NCBI GenBank assembly: GCA_001643675.2 | Contig: LSRY02000035.1 | Location: forward strand, 620,001 to 684,000 | Reading direction: 5' to 3' | Source: Monocercomonoides exilis PA203 | Taxonomy: Eukaryota > Protista > Preaxostyla | Length of the DNA stretch: 64,000 nt | Shown here: piece after piece, positions 59,650-64,000 of the stretch | Position numbering within the stretch: position 1 is the first letter of the stretch | Layout: every line of letters starts with the position of its first letter | Position numbers and translations under genes: made by a program | The notes under the pieces: model-generated | Databases searched by the model: none | Seen by the model: the letters and a program-made list of their open reading frames with translations, nothing else | Told to the model about the DNA's origin: nothing

Positions 59650-62600
59650 TCAGTCCTCTTCGAAATGTGGAGATTGGCAATCAGCAGGCACCGACATAAC
59701 AAATGAATTCGCTTCCATTCTGTTCGCATTTGAAAAGGAGAAAGAGCTGTACTCGTTCGTGTTGATTGAAAGCAGGGCAGAGCCTTCACTCAACTTGTTG
59801 TATTTCTTGGACGATTTGAGACATATTCGAAAAGCAATGATAGTAAAGGCAGCGAACGCAAGAGCGGCCAATGAAGAGCCGACAGATATCGCAATGATGA
59901 CATTCTGAGATAGCTTCTTCTTGTCTTCAGGAGGCGCCTCAGCTTCAACTGTCACAAACTGTGTGTTCAGCACTTCGTGCGTATTGTTTTCTTCACTGGC
60001 CAGCCCATTCTGAAAGGCTTTGCCGCCTTTGTATTTGCCTCGAAACGAAAGTGCTGCAATCATCTCAGGGAGCGTGGTGAGAACAGGTGCTGGAGGAGGA
60101 GCAAACAAACGATTCCAAATACGGAGAACAGGCTTTGAATGATCAAGTGTAGTTGCATCCGCGTTATTGATTATGTCAGATAGCATTGAGATTGGTACAT
60201 TCAGCGTGACAGCATCTGGTGAAGAGACAGCATCGATTGCAATTGAAACAGAGCGCATCTCATAGTGTGTGTTGACCAGCACCAGCGACAGCTCGCACGG
60301 GTGCATGTTCTGCCCTTTCACTGAAAACACCACATTCTCTTCATTGAGGTGATATGTCACTGAAGCAAGAGAAGGGACAAAGTACATCGACGCCTCAGCA
60401 TGAATATCTTCATGCATCAAAAATTGACACCCCGAATCGTCAATCCACATCGAAGAGAAATTGTCTGCGTGCTCAGCTTCTCCCCCCGCTATGAACTCGA
60501 GCATTGCTTCGTTGTTGCACCGGATGTTGTGGTGGATCCCTTCACTGGCAGGATCGTCGCAGCTGTTGTTGACAAAGGACGCATTGTCAAGTCGAGTCGC
60601 TTCGCCGGAAAGAAAAAGGGCGCCAACACACACCCTCTTAAAGATCGTGTTTTTGATGTACAGTTTTGTGCGCGTGACTGAAATAAGTGAGGTCTGCCAC
60701 GAGCAATACTTATTTGGCTCAACATCAGGCTGCGAAAGGCTTCTACTGCTCTTCAATTTCCCATTTGACAAAGAAGAAGAAGAAGATGACGATGATAAAG
60801 CACTTCCACATTCAATTTTCTGGCTGCCGCTTTCGTCAAAGACGGAAGTGTAGATATCCATTGAGGAAAAATCTAACATAATGAGGGATCCATCCATATC
60901 TCTATTTGACTGAGCACAGCTGAGAAAGGAGCAGCCTTCAAAAAGGAGTTTTGACGAGCTCTTCGACGAGCTGAAAATGGACTGAGCTTGTTGCAGCTGG
61001 TTGATGTTGGAGAAGACAGCGTGCTGGTTTGTCAGCAGCAGGCCATTCCGAGAAACATTCGGGCCGTCCTCAAACAGTGCAGAGCCATCCAGCGTGACGT
61101 TGTTGAATGTGTTGGAGGCGAACTCACTGTCTGTCATAGTAGTCATGCAGATAAGTGACACAGCAGTTGATAGCGAAGTGAATGTGCATCCGAAAACTTT
61201 AAGCAACCCGTTAGTGGTTGCAACGATGTGGAATGGCAACTTTGATGGAGCAGGCAAAGTTGATGTGAATGTACACTTATTGATCTCCAGCGTCACCCCA
61301 TCGCTGAAGATGAACGAAGGACAAACGATGTCGCAGCCTTCCTCAAACAAAAACAGAATCTCGTCCACACTCAAATCTCTGAAGTTGTTGAGCACCCCTT
61401 CAAGCAGACCAGCCACAATCTTGCGCGGCAGAACCGCATTCCCCACTGAAGAATTCTCCCGCCTCACTTTGCAGTCAGAGGCGATCACCACTTCTGTCAG
61501 CGTCGTGTTGCCAACAAGCACTATTGAGGTGGTCCAAAGAGACGCTCTGTTGAATCCGATGTCCAGTGTGCCGCAGGGCATCTTCAATGTGCCGCACTCA
61601 GGCGAGTTGTTCCGGTTGCTGTTCTCCGACGACACATACACATTTTCTCTGCGTGTGACATTCAGATAGAGAGGAATCAGATCGACGATGTTGTCGCTGA
61701 TGAGACTGTCATGCACAGAGTCTGAACTGCCTTCAAGCATAGCAGCCATGGTGCTGCCAACGTGCTTCTCATCAAACCCAGAAAAGGACTCGCTGTCATA
61801 CAACGATATGTTCATGCGGAAGCACATCGGCTTCACCAGGCTGTTCAGATCCTTTCCACATATAAACACATTCTTCCCTTTCCTCGCGATCATCGCCTCG
61901 AACTCACACGAGATAAACTCGTATGCCACAGGCGAGTGAGTGCTCGACAGATAAAACCCTCCTCCCAGCCCATTTCCTGAGCAGCCGCTGGATCCGAATG
62001 AGGAGTTGCATGTGCGAAAGGAAGAGCGAGGCGAGCAGAAATGCTGGCTAATCAACCCGCCTCTGTTGCTTTGTAACCCCACACAGCTGGAAAATGTGCT
62101 GTTGTTGATGTCGATTGCCGTGGGAGTTTCTTCGTCAACAAGAGAAGAGCGAGAATTCAGTGAGGAAAGTGATTGCTGTTGAGAATGCAAGTGGAAACGA
62201 GAACAATCATTTGGAAGCATTCTGTAGCTGCCAGCAGAGAGCACGGCAGGCTGCCCGGTTTCTGAGGAGTAGATGTAGTTGAATATCGTGTTGTCAATCC
62301 AAAAGCGCGTCGGAAGGGTTGAGTCGACAAAAAACAAAGAGTTGGACACGCAATTGATGTCACTGAAAGTGCAGTCTGTGATGTGGATGGAAGACGTGCT
62401 TTGTTCTATTTCACTTAGCAAATGGCGAGTTTTCCTCGAAGAAGAAGAAGAAGAAGAAGAAAGAAATCGAGATCTACGTGATTCTGTTTCTTCATCATCT
62501 TCTTCTTCGAATTTGCTGTGACTATTCATTTTGGTTGCATAACTTTGTGTGATTTCACCTGTCTCTTCCAATTTCGATGGGTTCATTGAGAAAAAGCTGG

Positions 62601-63720
62601 TTTTATTCGCCACGCAATTTGAGAAATGAGATTTTTCTGCAAACAGATCCGCCCCTCTGCACAAAATGATCGGGTGCTTGTTGGTGGAGATGTTGCTGAT
62701 GAGGGTGCTGTTCAGATGCAGGTAGCTGTCCACCGCTGTGATGAACGAAAACTCCCAGTGCCGCTCCAAATCTCCGTCGTAGCTCACTTTTTCGAAGGAG
62801 GCAAAGCAGTCTTCGCACAGAATGAGCGTGCTGAGCATCGCCTCTTCAGGGTCGTTCAGTGTGATGTTCAGACTCTCCAGCTGCATCGACACCTTCCCAA
62901 TGAGCATTGCCGTATGCGGATTATCCTTTTCTGCCCGGAAGCGCATGAGCGCCTTCTTCGTCAGCTCGCTCGAGACAGAAGAGACAGTAAAGCGCTGCCA
63001 CGAAAACGGTGTGTTGACTACTATCTCATCAATGGCGATGAAAATCGAGCGCTGCTTGTTGAAAAAAGGGAAGATTGACGCCATCTGCAGCGTCTCGCAA
63101 GGCACTTCCGCAGAGCCGCAGCTGATCCAGTTGAGCGCCTTCGGGTGCGAAGAGGAGACATAATAAGGCGAAATCCGGTTTTTCACATATAGCTCCACCA
63201 GGTCAATCATTTTGCCCTCCCCATCCTCGCCGATGAATGCATTCTCCAGTTCCATCGTTGCTGGGCTTTTTGTGTAGATGATCTGGGCAGGCGAGAAGGA
63301 GGTCATGTTGTTCGCAATGAAGTACAGGTTCTTGCCCAAGAAAGCGCTGTTCTCTGTAAACTGCACGTTCTCAAACATCCAGCAGTTCGGTGTCTCTGAT
63401 CTCGATCCGTTCAGAAAGAATATTCCGCCCCGGCCGTTTGCTTCCGAAGCTTTGCAGCGGATGAAGGAGCAGCCCAGCACACGCATTGTGCGGTTCTCCA
63501 GCAGCTGCAGCTTCATCAGCCCTCCATACGAAGCTTTGGATGGTGAGCCGGCGGAAGAGCAGTCGACGAAGGCGGAGTTGTTGAGGAGGACAGCGGCACT
63601 CAGATTTTTGCTGATTTGCTTACCGACGTAGCTGAGAGAGAGGAAAGAGGAGCCAATAGAATGGCTGGCTATGTTCGCGATGGTGCTGTTGGAGATGTTG
63701 ACGGAGCGGAGTCGCTCTTT
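59650..63720 (-). CDS. Beta-helix/Pmp-like single-pass surface protein, terminal exon (5'-partial)
   Basis: Repeated GG..+..F..C and CG....PC.T motifs, YCSWQTSLI, MYFVPSL, GQNMHPC, then the TM VIIAISVGSSLAALAFAAFTIIAFRICL and a basic/YxxL tail. Acceptor CAG at 63721-63723 (minus strand). Confidence 0.8.
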   Translation of the reverse strand, partial: KERLRSVNISNSTIANIASHSIGSSFLSLSYVGKQISKNLSAAVLLNNSAFVDCSSAGSPSKASYGGLMKLQLLENRTMRVLGCSFIRCKASEANGRGGIFFLNGSRSETPNCWMFENVQFTENSAFLGKNLYFIANNMTSFSPAQIIYTKSPATMELENAFIGEDGEGKMIDLVELYVKNRISPYYVSSSHPKALNWISCGSAEVPCETLQMASIFPFFNKQRSIFIAIDEIVVNTPFSWQRFTVSSVSSELTKKALMRFRAEKDNPHTAMLIGKVSMQLESLNITLNDPEEAMLSTLILCEDCFASFEKVSYDGDLERHWEFSFITAVDSYLHLNSTLISNISTNKHPIILCRGADLFAEKSHFSNCVANKTSFFSMNPSKLEETGEITQSYATKMNSHSKFEEEDDEETESRRSRFLSSSSSSSSRKTRHLLSEIEQSTSSIHITDCTFSDINCVSNSLFFVDSTLPTRFWIDNTIFNYIYSSETGQPAVLSAGSYRMLPNDCSRFHLHSQQQSLSSLNSRSSLVDEETPTAIDINNSTFSSCVGLQSNRGGLISQHFCSPRSSFRTCNSSFGSSGCSGNGLGGGFYLSSTHSPVAYEFISCEFEAMIARKGKNVFICGKDLNSLVKPMCFRMNISLYDSESFSGFDEKHVGSTMAAMLEGSSDSVHDSLISDNIVDLIPLYLNVTRRENVYVSSENSNRNNSPECGTLKMPCGTLDIGFNRASLWTTSIVLVGNTTLTEVVIASDCKVRRENSSVGNAVLPRKIVAGLLEGVLNNFRDLSVDEILFLFEEGCDIVCPSFIFSDGVTLEINKCTFTSTLPAPSKLPFHIVATTNGLLKVFGCTFTSLSTAVSLICMTTMTDSEFASNTFNNVTLDGSALFEDGPNVSRNGLLLTNQHAVFSNINQLQQAQSIFSSSKSSSKLLFEGCSFLSCAQSNRDMDGSLIMLDFSSMDIYTSVFDESGSQKIECGSALSSSSSSSSLSNGKLKSSRSLSQPDVEPNKYCSWQTSLISVTRTKLYIKNTIFKRVCVGALFLSGEATRLDNASFVNNSCDDPASEGIHHNIRCNNEAMLEFIAGGEAEHADNFSSMWIDDSGCQFLMHEDIHAEASMYFVPSLASVTYHLNEENVVFSVKGQNMHPCELSLVLVNTHYEMRSVSIAIDAVSSPDAVTLNVPISMLSDIINNADATTLDHSKPVLRIWNRLFAPPPAPVLTTLPEMIAALSFRGKYKGGKAFQNGLASEENNTHEVLNTQFVTVEAEAPPEDKKKLSQNVIIAISVGSSLAALAFAAFTIIAFRICLKSSKKYNKLSEGSALLSINTNEYSSFSFSNANRMEANSFVMSVPADCQSPHFEED

Positions 63721-63732
63721 CTGAGAGAGCAA

Positions 63733-63840
63733 GAGAAAGAGAGAGAAAGAGAGAGAAAGAGAGAGAAAGAGAGAGAAAGAGAGAGAAAGAGAGAGAAAGA
63801 GAGAGAAAGAGAGAGAAAGAGAGAGAAAGAGAGAAAGAGA
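63733..63840. repeat. (GAGAGAAAGA)n intronic minisatellite forming a polypyrimidine tract on the minus strand
   Basis: About 11 tandem 10-bp units immediately upstream of the splice acceptor. Confidence 0.9.
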
Positions 63841-64000
63841 GAATAAGAGAGAATAAGAGAATAAGAATAATACATATATTTACATATTTAACAGAGAAAA
63901 GTTATATGATTTTTGAAAGTCATTCATTTGAATTTAAAAAAAAAAAATGAATGAAAAATTTATAAAGTGAAAAAGAAAACATCGAAAACAATCAAAACAA

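Noticed and set aside
63733-63860. Telomeric repeat or CRISPR-like array
   Set aside because: It is a simple spacer-less GA-rich tandem repeat inside an intron.

Overview
This is AT-rich, intron-rich eukaryotic DNA in the standard genetic code, with short mostly GT-AG introns and Ser/Glu low-complexity proteins. The style suggests an oxymonad/metamonad such as Monocercomonoides (inference). Host genes, in order: a very divergent TRRAP/Tra1-type PIKK pseudokinase (5'-partial), a RING1/RNF2-like E3 ligase, a DXO/Rai1 decapping nuclease with a probable GC-AG intron, a NEK-type kinase with three SPRY-like domains, a pseudogenised member of a beta-helix-like single-TM surface protein family, a low-complexity giant protein, SPEF1/CLAMP, RPL38, a two-RRM protein and a second, open member of the surface family. 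Mobile DNA: a full-length but decaying DIRS1-type tyrosine-recombinase retrotransposon (19502-25560, minus strand) with both ITRs and a two-part ICR, an intact intron-containing pogo-like DD35D transposon (41841-44382), a Merlin/ISXO2 remnant, and a cluster of fold-back MITEs. The most notable observation is in the DIRS 3' spacer between the ICR and the right ITR. It is highly structured and carries, on the sense strand, an ENE-like (triple-helix) motif: UUUUCUUUU/UUUUUCUUU between two stems, capped by a GNRA loop and followed by a multibranch RNA domain.
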